Shown: positions 1 through 9,420 of the stretch, piece by piece | How positions within the stretch are numbered: the stretch's first letter is position 1 | How the letters are laid out: each line of letters starts with the position of its first letter | Assembly: GCA_050257855.1 (NCBI GenBank) | Contig: JBLMXQ010000090.1 | Location: forward strand, 624 to 64,623 | Length of the DNA: 64,000 bases | Direction of reading: 5' to 3' | Source: Betaproteobacteria bacterium | GTDB lineage: Bacteria > Acidobacteriota > Vicinamibacteria > Vicinamibacterales > CAVVIG01 | The notes under the pieces: model-generated | The model's input: the letters and a program-made list of their open reading frames with translations, nothing else | What the model was told of the DNA's origin: nothing | Databases searched by the model: none | Translations under genes and position numbers: made by a program

Positions 1-669
1 GCCGTCTCGGACCGGACGGCGGCAATCATCGCCGAGCCGATTCAGGGCGAGGGCGGCATCCGCCCGCTCACGCCTGCGTTCGCGGCGGCGCTGGGCGAGG
101 CGTCGGCGAAGACCGGCGCGCTCCTCATCGCCGACGAAGTGCAGTGCGGGCTCGGCCGCACCGGCGAGCCGTTCCATTTCGCGGCGCTCGGGCTGAAACC
201 GCATCTCGTGTCGATTGGCAAGGCGCTCGGCGGCGGCGTCCCGATCGGAGCTGCCCTGGTCAGCGATGACGTGGCACGCACGATTGCCTTCGGCGACCAC
301 GGCACGACGTACGGCGGGAATCTGCTGGCGTGCCGCGCCGGGCTCTGCGTCCTTCAGGAGCTGGTCGGCGGCGGACTGCTCGCGCAGGTCGGCCGGGTCG
401 GCCGCCACGTCGAGCGGCAGCTTCGCGCCATCGCGGCCGCCCGGCCGATCGTGAAGGAGATTCGCGGCCGCGGCCTGATGTGGGGACTCGAACTCACCTG
501 CGACGCGACGCCGGTGGTCACCGCGGGGCTCGAGCGCGGCGTCATCGTCAACCGCACGTCGGAGACCGTCGTCCGGCTGCTGCCGCCGCTCGTGCTGACG
601 GAAGCCGACGCGGACGCGGCGCTCGATCGCCTCGACGCGGCGCTCGGCGCCGTGGAACGGGCGTCATGA
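1..669 (+). CDS. argD: Acetylornithine aminotransferase (class III PLP), 5'-truncated by window edge
   Basis: Frame 1 is open from base 1: AIIAEPIQGEGG, LIADEVQCGLGRTG, GKALGGG, HGTTYGGN, RLLPPL; first gene of the arg cluster. Confidence 0.9.
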   Translation, partial: AVSDRTAAIIAEPIQGEGGIRPLTPAFAAALGEASAKTGALLIADEVQCGLGRTGEPFHFAALGLKPHLVSIGKALGGGVPIGAALVSDDVARTIAFGDHGTTYGGNLLACRAGLCVLQELVGGGLLAQVGRVGRHVERQLRAIAAARPIVKEIRGRGLMWGLELTCDATPVVTAGLERGVIVNRTSETVVRLLPPLVLTEADADAALDRLDAALGAVERAS

Positions 670-1199
670 GGCGCGCGAGGCTCACGCTGCGGACGGCCGA
701 ACCGTCCGAGGCGGCAACGCTGCATGCGCTCATCGACACGAACCGGCAGGAGGGCCACCTGCTGCCGCGCGCCATCGGCGAGCTCCACGCCCACGCGCTG
801 CGCTTCGTGGTGGCGGTCCGGCGGCGGCAACTCGTCGGCTGCGCCGAGCTCGCGCCGCTCAGCCCGACGGTGGCCGAGGTCCGGTCGCTGGCCGTCGACC
901 GGCGGGCCCGCGGCGCCGGCGTCGGGACGGAGATCGTCGCCGAGCTGCGGCGCCGCGCGCGGCGCGAAGGCTTCGACACGCTCTGCGCCTTCACCCACGC
1001 GCCCGGCTATTTCATCCATCTCGGCTTCTCCATCGTCCCGCACCTGTGGCTGCCCGAGAAGGTGCACACCGACTGCGTGAAGTGCCCGCTGTTCCGCCAG
1101 TGCGGCCAGTACGCCATGGTGCTGCCGCTCGACGAGGTGCGCGAGCGGGCGCCGGACGTGCAGGCGCCGGCGGCGCAGCCATCGGCGAGGTACGCCTGA
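666..1199 (+). CDS. argA: Short GNAT amino-acid N-acetyltransferase (ArgA-type)
   Basis: ATGA overlap with the argD stop; LLPR, AEVRSLAV, RGAGVG acetyl-CoA motif, C-terminal PEKVHTDCVKCP..C typical of short ArgA. Confidence 0.75.
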   Translation: MRRARLTLRTAEPSEAATLHALIDTNRQEGHLLPRAIGELHAHALRFVVAVRRRQLVGCAELAPLSPTVAEVRSLAVDRRARGAGVGTEIVAELRRRARREGFDTLCAFTHAPGYFIHLGFSIVPHLWLPEKVHTDCVKCPLFRQCGQYAMVLPLDEVRERAPDVQAPAAQPSARYA

Positions 1200-1200
1200 C

Positions 1201-2391
1201 GTGGGAAGCGGCGTGACGAGCGCCCGCGGGTTCCGGGCCTCCGGCCTCAGCGCCGGAATCAAGGCGAACGGGAGCCCGGACCTGGCCCTGCTGGTGTCCG
1301 ACCCGCCGGCCAGCGCCGCCGCCGTCTTCACCACGAACCGCGCGCAGGCGGCGCCGGTGCTCGTCTCGCGCGAGCACCTGGCTCAATCGAGCGGCCGCAT
1401 CCGCGCCATCGTGACGAACAGCGGCTGCGCCAACTCGTGCACCGGCGAGGACGGCGTGCGCGCCGCGCGGGAGATGGCCGACGCGACCGCCAGGCAGCTC
1501 GGGTGCGCCGCCGAGGAGGTGCTCGTCGCGTCGACCGGCGTCATCGGCGTCGCGCTCCCGATCGACAAGGTTCGCGCCGCGATCCCGGCCGCCGTGCTGG
1601 CGCTCGGCGAGGACGGCGGCGCCGCGGCCGCGCGCGCCATCATGACGACCGATCCGTTTCCGAAGGAAGCGTCGGCGCGGACGTCGATCGCCGGACGGGA
1701 CGTCACGGTCGGGGGGATGGCCAAGGGCTCGGGGATGATCGAGCCGATGATGGCCACGATGCTCGGCTTCGTGACCACGGATGCGGCGCTGCCGCACGCT
1801 CTGCTCGATCGCGCGCTGCGGCAGGTCGTGCAGGACACGTTCAACGCGATCACGGTCGACGGCGAGTGCTCGACCAACGACTGCGTGATGCTGCTGGCCA
1901 ACGGCGCCAGCGGCGTCGCAATCGACGAGGCGGGCTACGACGCGTTCGTCGCCCTGCTCTACGCGGTCTGCCTGGAGCTGGCGCTCGGCATCGTTCGCGG
2001 CGGCGAGGGCGCAACGAAGCTCGTGAAGGTGACCGTGACCGGCGCGGCGTCCCGCGACGACGCGCGGCGCGCCGCGAAAGCGATCGCCAACTCGCCGCTC
2101 GTCAAGACGGCCATTCACGGCGGCGACCCGAACTGGGGGCGGCTCGTCGCGGTCGCGGGCCGGGCCGGCGTCGACTTCGATCTCGCACGGGCAGGCGTCA
2201 CGATCGGCAGCACCGTTCTGTTCGAGAACGGGCGGCCGTACGACGAGAACGCGCCAGCGGCGGCCGAGCACCTCAAGCGTACCGACGTCTCGGTCAGCGT
2301 CCATCTCGGCGCCGGCCGCGACACGTCCACGGTGTGGACATGCGATTTGAGCGCCGAGTACGTGCGCATCAATGCCGACTACCGCACCTGA
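1201..2391 (+). CDS. argJ: Ornithine acetyltransferase
   Basis: FTTN, NSGCAN, STGVIG, IMTTD, KGSGMIEPMMATML autoproteolysis motif, STND, DPNWGR, YVRINADYRT. Confidence 0.95.
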   Translation: MGSGVTSARGFRASGLSAGIKANGSPDLALLVSDPPASAAAVFTTNRAQAAPVLVSREHLAQSSGRIRAIVTNSGCANSCTGEDGVRAAREMADATARQLGCAAEEVLVASTGVIGVALPIDKVRAAIPAAVLALGEDGGAAAARAIMTTDPFPKEASARTSIAGRDVTVGGMAKGSGMIEPMMATMLGFVTTDAALPHALLDRALRQVVQDTFNAITVDGECSTNDCVMLLANGASGVAIDEAGYDAFVALLYAVCLELALGIVRGGEGATKLVKVTVTGAASRDDARRAAKAIANSPLVKTAIHGGDPNWGRLVAVAGRAGVDFDLARAGVTIGSTVLFENGRPYDENAPAAAEHLKRTDVSVSVHLGAGRDTSTVWTCDLSAEYVRINADYRT

Positions 2392-2422
2392 CGGTGCTCG
2401 AAGGCCACAAAGGGGCATCCGC

Positions 2423-3394
2423 ATGCCATCAGCAGCAGCATCCGCCGCCGTCGCGCGGCGCAAGGACTTCCTCTCCGTCCTCGACTTCGAGGCCGCGGAT
2501 CTCGAGCGCTGTCTCGTCCTGGCGGCCCGCGTCAAGGCCGAGCGCCCGCAGGGCCGTCATGCGCCGACCGCCGATGTGCTCGACGGCCGGCACGTGGCGA
2601 TGCTGTTCGACAAGCCATCGCTGCGGACGCGATCCACGTTCGAGATCGCCATCCGCGAGCTGGGCGGGCACGTCGTCGCGCTCCAGCCCGACGTCGCCCT
2701 CGGCCGGCGCGAGCCGGTCGCGGACGTCGCGCGCAACCTCGAGCGATGGGTCGACGCCGTGATCATCCGCACGTTCTCGCAGCGGGTCCTGGAGGAGTTC
2801 GCCGCCGCCGCCGGGCGGCTGCACGTCGTCAACGCGCTGACCGACGAGGAGCACCCGTGCCAGGCGGTTGCCGATCTGCTGACGCTGCAGGAACGGCTCG
2901 GAGAGCTGCGCGGCCGGACCATCGCGTACGTCGGCGATGGCAACAACGTGGCGGCGTCGCTCGCGCACGCCGCAGCGATGGCCGGAATCCACATCCACGT
3001 CGCGAGCCCCGAGGGGTACCGGCTTCCGGAGCGCGTCGTGCGGGAGGCCGCCCGCGTCGCGCGGCACGGCGCGCGACTGCGCCTGTTCTCCGACCCGTTC
3101 GACGCAGTGAGCGGGGCCGACGCCGTCTACACCGATACGTGGACGTCGATGGGCCAGGAAGCGGAAGCCGACGTGCGCCGTCAGGTGTTCGCGCCGTACC
3201 AGGTGAACCGCGCGCTGATGGCCGCCGCCGCGCCCCGCGCCTTGTTCATGCATTGCCTCCCGGCCCACCGCGGCGAGGAGGTGACGGCCGACGTGTTCGA
3301 GTCCGAGCGGTCGGTCGTCTTCGATCAGGCCGAGAACCGGCTCCACGGCCAGAAGGCGCTGCTGCTGATGCTGCTCGCGGGGCGACGGCCTTGA
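2423..3394 (+). CDS. argF: Ornithine carbamoyltransferase
   Basis: FDKPSLRTR, HPCQ, GDGNN, DTWTSMG, HCLP, QAENR; ATG at 2423 after AAGGGG. Confidence 0.92.
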   Translation: MPSAAASAAVARRKDFLSVLDFEAADLERCLVLAARVKAERPQGRHAPTADVLDGRHVAMLFDKPSLRTRSTFEIAIRELGGHVVALQPDVALGRREPVADVARNLERWVDAVIIRTFSQRVLEEFAAAAGRLHVVNALTDEEHPCQAVADLLTLQERLGELRGRTIAYVGDGNNVAASLAHAAAMAGIHIHVASPEGYRLPERVVREAARVARHGARLRLFSDPFDAVSGADAVYTDTWTSMGQEAEADVRRQVFAPYQVNRALMAAAAPRALFMHCLPAHRGEEVTADVFESERSVVFDQAENRLHGQKALLLMLLAGRRP

Positions 3395-3398
3395 GGTG

Positions 3399-3516
3399 CG
3401 GGACGGCCTGTAGGCCGTCCCGCTACCGAGTCAACGTCCGGGACGGCCTGAAGGCCGTCCTGCCACCGAGTCAACGTCCGGGACGGCCTGAAGGCCGTCC
3501 CGCTACCGCGTCAACG
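3399..3516. repeat. Three tandem 40-bp units, each with a GTAG-type REP hairpin
   Basis: CGGGACGGCCTG(A/T)AGGCCGTCC-(C/T)GC(T/C)ACCG(A/C)GTCAACG at 3399, 3439 and 3479. Confidence 0.9.
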
Positions 3517-3553
3517 AGGCCGCCGGCGACCGAACCGTTATAATCGGCGCGCG

Positions 3554-5257
3554 ATGAGCGTCGACGCGCCCTGGCTCGCACACTACGACGCCGGCGTTCC
3601 GGCCACGCTCGGGCCCTACCCTGACCGCACGCTGCTCGACTACGTGTCCGACGGCGCGCGCGAGCGCCCGGACCATCCGGCGCTGCTGTTCAAGGGCGCG
3701 ACGGTCACGTACGGCGCGCTCGAGCGGCTGAGCGACGCGTTCGCGGCCGCGCTGGCGAGCCTCGGCGTGAGGCGCGGCGACCGGGTGGGGCTGCTGCTCC
3801 CCAACTGCCCGCAGTTCTTCATCGCCGAGCTCGCCGCCTGGAAACTCGGCGCGATCGCCGCGCCGCTGAACCCGATCTACACGGAGCACGAGATCGAGGA
3901 GCCGCTGCGCGATCACGGCATCGAGACGGTCGTCTCGCTGACCCGTTTCTACGGGCGCGTCAAGCGCGTCCAGCCGCGCACGCCCGTCCGGCGCGTCATC
4001 GCGACGAACATCAAGGAGTACTTCCCGCCGGTGCTCAAGCTGCTCTTCACGCTCGCGCGCGAGCGGCGAGAGGGCGACCGGATCACCCTGGCGCCCGGCG
4101 ATCACGATTTCGCGCACCTGCTGCTCGTCAACAAGGACCGGCGGCCGCCCCGCGAGCCGATTTCGATCGACGACCCCGCGGTCCTCCTGCTGAGCGGCGG
4201 CACGACCGGCACCCCGAAGGGGGTCCTCGGCAGGCACGGCGCGTACACGATGACCGGCCTGCAGATCGTCGCCTGGACGACGCCGCTGCTCGGCCGGCTC
4301 ACGGACACGATCTGCCTCCCGCTCCCGCTGTTCCACGTCTACGCGAACGTCGGCGTACAGGCACTCGCGTTCGTCACGCAGAATCCGCTCGCCATCGTGC
4401 CGAATCCGCGCGATCTCGACGACCTCGTGGCGACGATCCGGCGCGTCAAACCGTCCTTCTTCACCGGTGTGCCGACGCTCTTCATCGCGCTGCTCAACCA
4501 CCGGGCGGTCAGGCGCGGCAAGGTGGATTTCAAGTCGATCAAGATCTGCTTCTCCGGCGCGGCGGCGCTCCTGGCCGACACGAAGCAGCGCTTCGAGTCG
4601 ATCACGGGCGGCCGGCTGGTCGAAGGCTACTCGCTCACCGAGGCGATGATGGCGCTGTGCGTCAACCCGGTGAACGGGCCGAACAAGATCGGCTCCGTCG
4701 GCATGCCGCTGCCCGACGTGTCGGTGCGGATCTTCGACGGCGACGAGGGCGTCCGCGTGCTCGGCACGGGGGAAATCGGCGAGATCGCCCTCTCCGCGCC
4801 GCAGCTGATGATCGGCTTCTGGAACCGTCCCGAGGAGACCGCAGGCGTCCTGCGCGATCACGAAGAACCCGGCGGCACGCGGCGCTGGCTGCACACAGGC
4901 GACCTCGGCTACCTCGACGAGGACGGCTACGTGTTCATCGTCGACCGCAAGAAGGACCTGATCAAGACGAGCGGCTACCAGGTGTGGCCGCGCGAAGTCG
5001 AGGAGACGCTCGCCTCCCATCCGGCCGTCGCAGAGGTCGGCGTCGCCGGGGTCGCCGATCCGGTCAAGGGCGAGGCGGTGCGCGCGTGGGTCGTCCTTCG
5101 CTCCGGCCACGCGGCCACGGAGGAGGAACTGCGCGCGTACTGCAAGAAGCAGCTCGCGCCTTACAAAGTCCCGACCCGAATCGAGTTCCGCACCGAGCTG
5201 CCCAAGACGCTCGTCGGCAAGGTGCTGCGCCGGGCGCTGCGCGGCGGCGGCCAGTGA
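3554..5257 (+). CDS. Long-chain fatty acid--CoA ligase (FadD-like)
   Basis: SGGTTGTPKG P-loop, EGYSLTE, WLHTGDLG, DRKKDLIK, PKTLVGK. Confidence 0.9.
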   Translation: MSVDAPWLAHYDAGVPATLGPYPDRTLLDYVSDGARERPDHPALLFKGATVTYGALERLSDAFAAALASLGVRRGDRVGLLLPNCPQFFIAELAAWKLGAIAAPLNPIYTEHEIEEPLRDHGIETVVSLTRFYGRVKRVQPRTPVRRVIATNIKEYFPPVLKLLFTLARERREGDRITLAPGDHDFAHLLLVNKDRRPPREPISIDDPAVLLLSGGTTGTPKGVLGRHGAYTMTGLQIVAWTTPLLGRLTDTICLPLPLFHVYANVGVQALAFVTQNPLAIVPNPRDLDDLVATIRRVKPSFFTGVPTLFIALLNHRAVRRGKVDFKSIKICFSGAAALLADTKQRFESITGGRLVEGYSLTEAMMALCVNPVNGPNKIGSVGMPLPDVSVRIFDGDEGVRVLGTGEIGEIALSAPQLMIGFWNRPEETAGVLRDHEEPGGTRRWLHTGDLGYLDEDGYVFIVDRKKDLIKTSGYQVWPREVEETLASHPAVAEVGVAGVADPVKGEAVRAWVVLRSGHAATEEELRAYCKKQLAPYKVPTRIEFRTELPKTLVGKVLRRALRGGGQ

Positions 5258-5964
5258 TGGCCAGAGTCGCCACCGCGCTCCTCGCGGCCGCGCTCGTGGC
5301 CCTCGCGCCGCGCGCGGGACGCGCCGAAGCGGACAAGTACGACATCTACGCGGTCCGCTTCGCCTCCGCCGGCGGGCGCCCCGACTTTTTCTGGGTCCTG
5401 AAGGGAGCCGACGGCCGCATCGCGCTCGTGGACCCCGGGTACCGCCGCGCACGCCGCATCGATCAGGCGCACGCGCGCGATTTCGTCGAGCCCTCGACGG
5501 CGATGGCACCGCTCCACGTCGCTCCGTCCGACGTGACCGACATCCTGCTCACGCGCGTCGCGCAGAGGGAGGCGGGCGCCATCGAGCTGTTCCCCGCCGC
5601 GCGTGTGTGGGTCCAGAAGACGGCGTACGACTACGCGGTCGGCGACGCCTGGGCCGAGCCGGCGTTGCACGCCGACCTCGACGCCGGCGCCATCCTCGGC
5701 CTCGTGCGGCGCAACACGGCCGGCCTGCTGACACTCGTCGACGGCGACGACGACGCGTCGATCTCGGGAATCGAGTTCCACGTCGGGCGCGGCACCGGGT
5801 GCCGCTGCCAGTACCTCGTCGTGCAGTCGCACGGCGGGCGATTCGTCCTGGCGGGCAGCCGCGCGGACGTGATGCCCGCGATGCCGGACGTCGTCGTCGA
5901 GGACGACCCGGCCGTCTTCGAGCGGTTCACGCGGATTACCGACCGGATTGTCCGCGTCGAGTGA
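5257..5964 (+). CDS. Exported MBL-fold protein resembling the AHL-lactonase family but lacking metal ligands
   Basis: TGATG coupling to the ligase; signal peptide; YDIYAVRF, LVDPG, DVTDILLT, FPAARVWVQ scaffold, but HxHxDH is replaced by RVAQRE. Confidence 0.65.
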   Translation: MARVATALLAAALVALAPRAGRAEADKYDIYAVRFASAGGRPDFFWVLKGADGRIALVDPGYRRARRIDQAHARDFVEPSTAMAPLHVAPSDVTDILLTRVAQREAGAIELFPAARVWVQKTAYDYAVGDAWAEPALHADLDAGAILGLVRRNTAGLLTLVDGDDDASISGIEFHVGRGTGCRCQYLVVQSHGGRFVLAGSRADVMPAMPDVVVEDDPAVFERFTRITDRIVRVE

Positions 5965-6997
5965 AGATCGCCTTCGGCATCCGGACGTGCACGCCCATCG
6001 GGCCGTCCACGAGCTGCGTGATGGCCAGGTTGCCGGCGACGCTCGTCAGCATGTAGGCGTCCTCGCGCGACAGGTGCTTCGTCGTGGCGAGGAAGTCGAT
6101 CATCTCGCGCGTCGCGATGCGCGTGGCCTCCGTCAGGTCCTTGTCGATTCCCATCGTGATGTAGTCGGTCGGCGTCTCCGCCCGCGGCCACGTCAGGTGC
6201 ATGTCCTTGCGGACGACGAACTGGAAGGTGCCGACGAGCGAAGTCTCGAGCGCGGTGATGTCCACTTCGCCGTCGCCCTGGGCGGCATGGCCGTCGCCCA
6301 CTTCGAACAGTGCGCCGGGCACGTTGACCGGGATGTAGAGAGTCGACCCAACCACCAGATCCTTGTTGTCGAGATTGCCCGCGTGCCTGCCGGGCGGGGC
6401 GCTGCTGACACGCCCGGCCGAGGGCGGCGGCGCCACGCCCATGCTGCCAAAGAACGGATGCAACGGTATCTCGATGCCGTCGCCGAAATGCGCGACCATC
6501 CGCCCGGCGTCGAGCGGCACGATCTTCATCCGGCCTTCCTTGAAGTCCTGCGGCAGGAAGCCGCTCCGCGTCCCGAACGCGTTGTAGGCGTACGGAATCG
6601 CGAGATCGATGGCCTTGATGCGAACCTCGAGGACGTCTCCCGGCTCGGCGCCGTCGACGTAGATCGGTCCGGTCAGAATGTGTCCGCCCGGCCCCTTGTC
6701 CGTCACCTGCTCGACGATCGAACCGAGCGCCGGCTCGACCTCGCGGGCGGCGACGCCGGCGCCCTCGAGCCGCTTCGGGGTCGAGGTGATGAGCGTGTGG
6801 ATGCGGACCGTGTCGCCGGAGTTCACCCGCATCACCGGTCGGGCCGCGGCGTCGTAGTACCCGTACGCCACGGTCTGCGGCGTCGGCTCGAGTGTCTTCA
6901 CCGCGGCCGCCTCGCCGCGCTGTCGAGCGGCCGCGAGCACCGATGCTCCGATCGCCGCTGCCGCCACCAGTCCAGCTGTCGCTCCACGTGTCCTCAT
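5936..6997 (-). CDS. Acetamidase/formamidase family protein with signal peptide
   Basis: GHILTGPIYVDGAEPGDVL, PFFGSMGV, GNLDNKDL, GDGHAAQGDGEV, ALET. Confidence 0.9.
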   Translation of the reverse strand: MRTRGATAGLVAAAAIGASVLAAARQRGEAAAVKTLEPTPQTVAYGYYDAAARPVMRVNSGDTVRIHTLITSTPKRLEGAGVAAREVEPALGSIVEQVTDKGPGGHILTGPIYVDGAEPGDVLEVRIKAIDLAIPYAYNAFGTRSGFLPQDFKEGRMKIVPLDAGRMVAHFGDGIEIPLHPFFGSMGVAPPPSAGRVSSAPPGRHAGNLDNKDLVVGSTLYIPVNVPGALFEVGDGHAAQGDGEVDITALETSLVGTFQFVVRKDMHLTWPRAETPTDYITMGIDKDLTEATRIATREMIDFLATTKHLSREDAYMLTSVAGNLAITQLVDGPMGVHVRMPKAIFTRRGQSGR

Positions 6998-7113
6998 GGC
7001 CGTCCCTCCGTCGGTCGCGTCCGCGACTTTCCCATCCCGTAACGCCTTACGCCGTGCGCCGTGCGGACGCGGCGCTTCGAGGCGCTATCCGCCTCAAATC
7101 CACCGTTTCACGG

Positions 7114-7129
7114 CGGCACGGCGCTTGCG
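7114..7129 (+). promoter_or_regulatory. Putative sigma-54 -24/-12 promoter of the cupredoxin gene
   Basis: CGGCACGGCGCTTGCG matches TGGCACG-N4-TTGC at exact spacing; about 38 bp before the ATG, which has a GGAGGA SD. Confidence 0.6.
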
Positions 7130-7166
7130 ATCCACCACACAGCCAACGCTTACTGGAGGATTGTTC

Positions 7167-7550
7167 ATGCGCTTCACCGTCCGTACATACACTCTGCTGC
7201 TCGCCACCGGTCTGCTCGCATCGGCCGTCGCGTGCGGCGGTTCATCCAACTCGAACCCCACGAGCCCGTCCCCGCCAGCGTCGTCCGCCGACGTCACGGT
7301 CGGCATCGTGGGCGATCGCGCCAGCCAGTCGTACTCGCCCAGCCCGGTCACGATGCGGGTCGGTCAGACGATTGCGTGGCACAACAACGACAGCATCACG
7401 CACACGGCCACGCAGGACGCCGGCACGTTCAACACCGGAAACCTCGCCGCGGGAGCGACGAGCGCGCCGGTGACGATGAGCACCGCCGGGACGTTCACGT
7501 ACCACTGCACGATCCATCCCGGCATGGTCGGCACCGTCACCGTTCAATAA
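7167..7550 (+). CDS. Cupredoxin (plastocyanin/amicyanin-like) lipoprotein
   Basis: Lipobox AVAC, Ser/Pro linker, N-x-D-x-x-x-H, YHCTIHPGMVG type-1 Cu motif. Confidence 0.88.
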   Translation: MRFTVRTYTLLLATGLLASAVACGGSSNSNPTSPSPPASSADVTVGIVGDRASQSYSPSPVTMRVGQTIAWHNNDSITHTATQDAGTFNTGNLAAGATSAPVTMSTAGTFTYHCTIHPGMVGTVTVQ

Positions 7551-7575
7551 CGCGCTCTCGGGATCCTCACGCGAG

Positions 7576-7621
7576 ATCGGGAGACCAGGAGGACCGACAA
7601 CCCCTCCTGGTCATCCGATCT
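7576..7621. terminator. Hairpin between convergent genes (possible bidirectional terminator)
   Basis: AGATCGGGAGACCAGGAGG...CCTCCTGGTCATCCGATCT imperfect inverted repeat; no U-tract. Confidence 0.4.
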
Positions 7622-7658
7622 TCCGTTCGAGTCTCCGGACCTCCCGGGCGCCCGTGAG

Positions 7659-9410
7659 TCACTCGCTCAGCTCGCGCGCCGCGCTCCTCAGCATCGCGCG
7701 GATCTTGTTCCGCTCGCGGACGAGCGCCGTTCTGATGAACGGCCGCTCCGCCGCCGGCGCCGTGGCAACGCGGTTGGCCGCCTCGAGGCGCGGCACGACC
7801 GGGAGCTTCACCGCCGGATCGTGGTCGAAGCGCTCGCCGCGCGCGTAGCCGAGCGGGACGAGCACGCGCGCGAGGCGGCGCAGCGCGGCGTTCGCCGCCC
7901 GCCGCGCCTCGGGGCTGCCGCCGGCCCGCCGCTCGGCTCCGGCCCGCCACGCCGCGAACCGCTGCTTCAGCTGTTCGAGATCGCCCACGATCGGCGAGAG
8001 ATCGACTTCTCCCCCCGCGCGCGCGTCGTATTCGGCGACCGCCGCGGCGATCTCGTCCATCGCGGCGCCGTAGTCGTACGGATGGAGCGGCGCGTTCAGC
8101 ACGCGCACGATCGTCGTCAGGTAGACGCGCAGGTCGCGCCGCAGGATCTCGAGATCGGCGACCGGCGGCAGATCGTTGGGTGTGTGCCACGTCGGGCTGC
8201 CGCCGTTGCCGCCGACGGCATAGTAGCCGCGGCGCTTCCGCTCTTCGATGGGGATGTTCGACAGCAGCATGTAGAACGCCGTCGGGCCGATCTGGTTGAA
8301 CGAGTAGTCGCCCGCGCGCAGCGGCCGCATGCCCTTCGCCGGCTCGCCCACGGCATCGCCGATCGCGTCCGTGCAGAGCGCGGCGGCCTCCGCCATCCAC
8401 ATCACTTCCTCGTAGGCGGTCGCATCACGGCAGCCCGGCGAGTCGATGTTGAGGTGTCCGATGCACCACTCGTCGATCTCGTCGGCGAACGTATCGGCAT
8501 ACCACGTCGAGCCCGCGTAGCGGCCGGTCGAGTGTCCCGGCCACCACGCGACGCGCACGCTCCGCTTCAGGCGGTCGCGTACCCCGTGGAGCACCCGCGC
8601 CAGCTCCAGCAGCGTCGCATCGCCGGTCGCGTTGTCGCCGATCCCGACGTACCACGAGTCGTAGTGGCCGTGCACGAGCAGGAACTCGTCCGGGTCCCCG
8701 GCGCCCCGGATCTCGGCCACCGGGACGAGGCACGGCGCCCACCCTTCGCGCAGCCAGGTCCGCACCGCCGCGCGCGCGCGTCCGCTCGAGGCGAGCGCGA
8801 TGAGCCGCTGTCCGTCCTCCTGGTTCACGCAGACCACCGGCGTGTGCGGCTTGCGCGGCAGCGACTCGGGCGTCGGAGCGCCCCAGATCGACGTGCAGAT
8901 GCCTTCGTGGATGTCCCGGCCCGGGTGGATGAAGATCTGCGCGATGGCGCCGCGGCGCTCGAAGGCGAGCACGGTGCCGGGCATCGAATAGCCTTCGGTG
9001 ACGACAATCCGTCCTGCGACCGGGTCGGAGGCGACCTGGGCGGATGCAGCCGAAGGCGTGTCGAACAGATCGCCGGTGCCGCCCGCGTACTTCGACGGGA
9101 CGTAGCAGATCTCGCCGGTCACTTCCGCGCCGTCCGTCGACACGGCGAACGCCGGCGGCCGCGACCGCATCGTCGCGCCGTTCACGATGACTTCGGACCG
9201 CTCCGGAATGCTCAGGAACAGGTCGGGCCGGTGGACGGTCACGGGCACGCCAAGGTCGCGGAGCCGCTCCGCGATGTACTCGCCGGCGGCGTGTTCGTCC
9301 GGCGTGCCGGACTCTCGGGTCAGCGTCGCAAAGCGCTCGATCAGCTTCGCGGGCTCGTTCGTGGAGATCTGATTCCGAATCGACGACTCCAGTTCTGGAT
9401 CCTTGAACAC
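7659..9410 (-). CDS. M28-family metallopeptidase/amidohydrolase with PA-like insert, no signal peptide
   Basis: HGHYDSW, GDNATG, LNIDSPG, WHTPND; the usual GEE motif appears as PGHS. Confidence 0.8.
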   Translation of the reverse strand: MFKDPELESSIRNQISTNEPAKLIERFATLTRESGTPDEHAAGEYIAERLRDLGVPVTVHRPDLFLSIPERSEVIVNGATMRSRPPAFAVSTDGAEVTGEICYVPSKYAGGTGDLFDTPSAASAQVASDPVAGRIVVTEGYSMPGTVLAFERRGAIAQIFIHPGRDIHEGICTSIWGAPTPESLPRKPHTPVVCVNQEDGQRLIALASSGRARAAVRTWLREGWAPCLVPVAEIRGAGDPDEFLLVHGHYDSWYVGIGDNATGDATLLELARVLHGVRDRLKRSVRVAWWPGHSTGRYAGSTWYADTFADEIDEWCIGHLNIDSPGCRDATAYEEVMWMAEAAALCTDAIGDAVGEPAKGMRPLRAGDYSFNQIGPTAFYMLLSNIPIEERKRRGYYAVGGNGGSPTWHTPNDLPPVADLEILRRDLRVYLTTIVRVLNAPLHPYDYGAAMDEIAAAVAEYDARAGGEVDLSPIVGDLEQLKQRFAAWRAGAERRAGGSPEARRAANAALRRLARVLVPLGYARGERFDHDPAVKLPVVPRLEAANRVATAPAAERPFIRTALVRERNKIRAMLRSAARELSE

Positions 9411-9420
9411 CGGGTTTCTC

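Noticed and set aside
2423-3394. N-acetyl/succinyl-ornithine carbamoyltransferase, because of SLRT instead of STRT
   Set aside because: The ornithine-binding DxxxSMG motif is present and argJ supplies ornithine; ordinary ArgF is more likely
3399-3516. Possible mini-CRISPR array (palindromic repeat, regular period)
   Set aside because: The intervening sequences are near-identical and only about 18 bp, there are no cas genes, and the same hairpin with GTAG recurs singly elsewhere, so it is a REP
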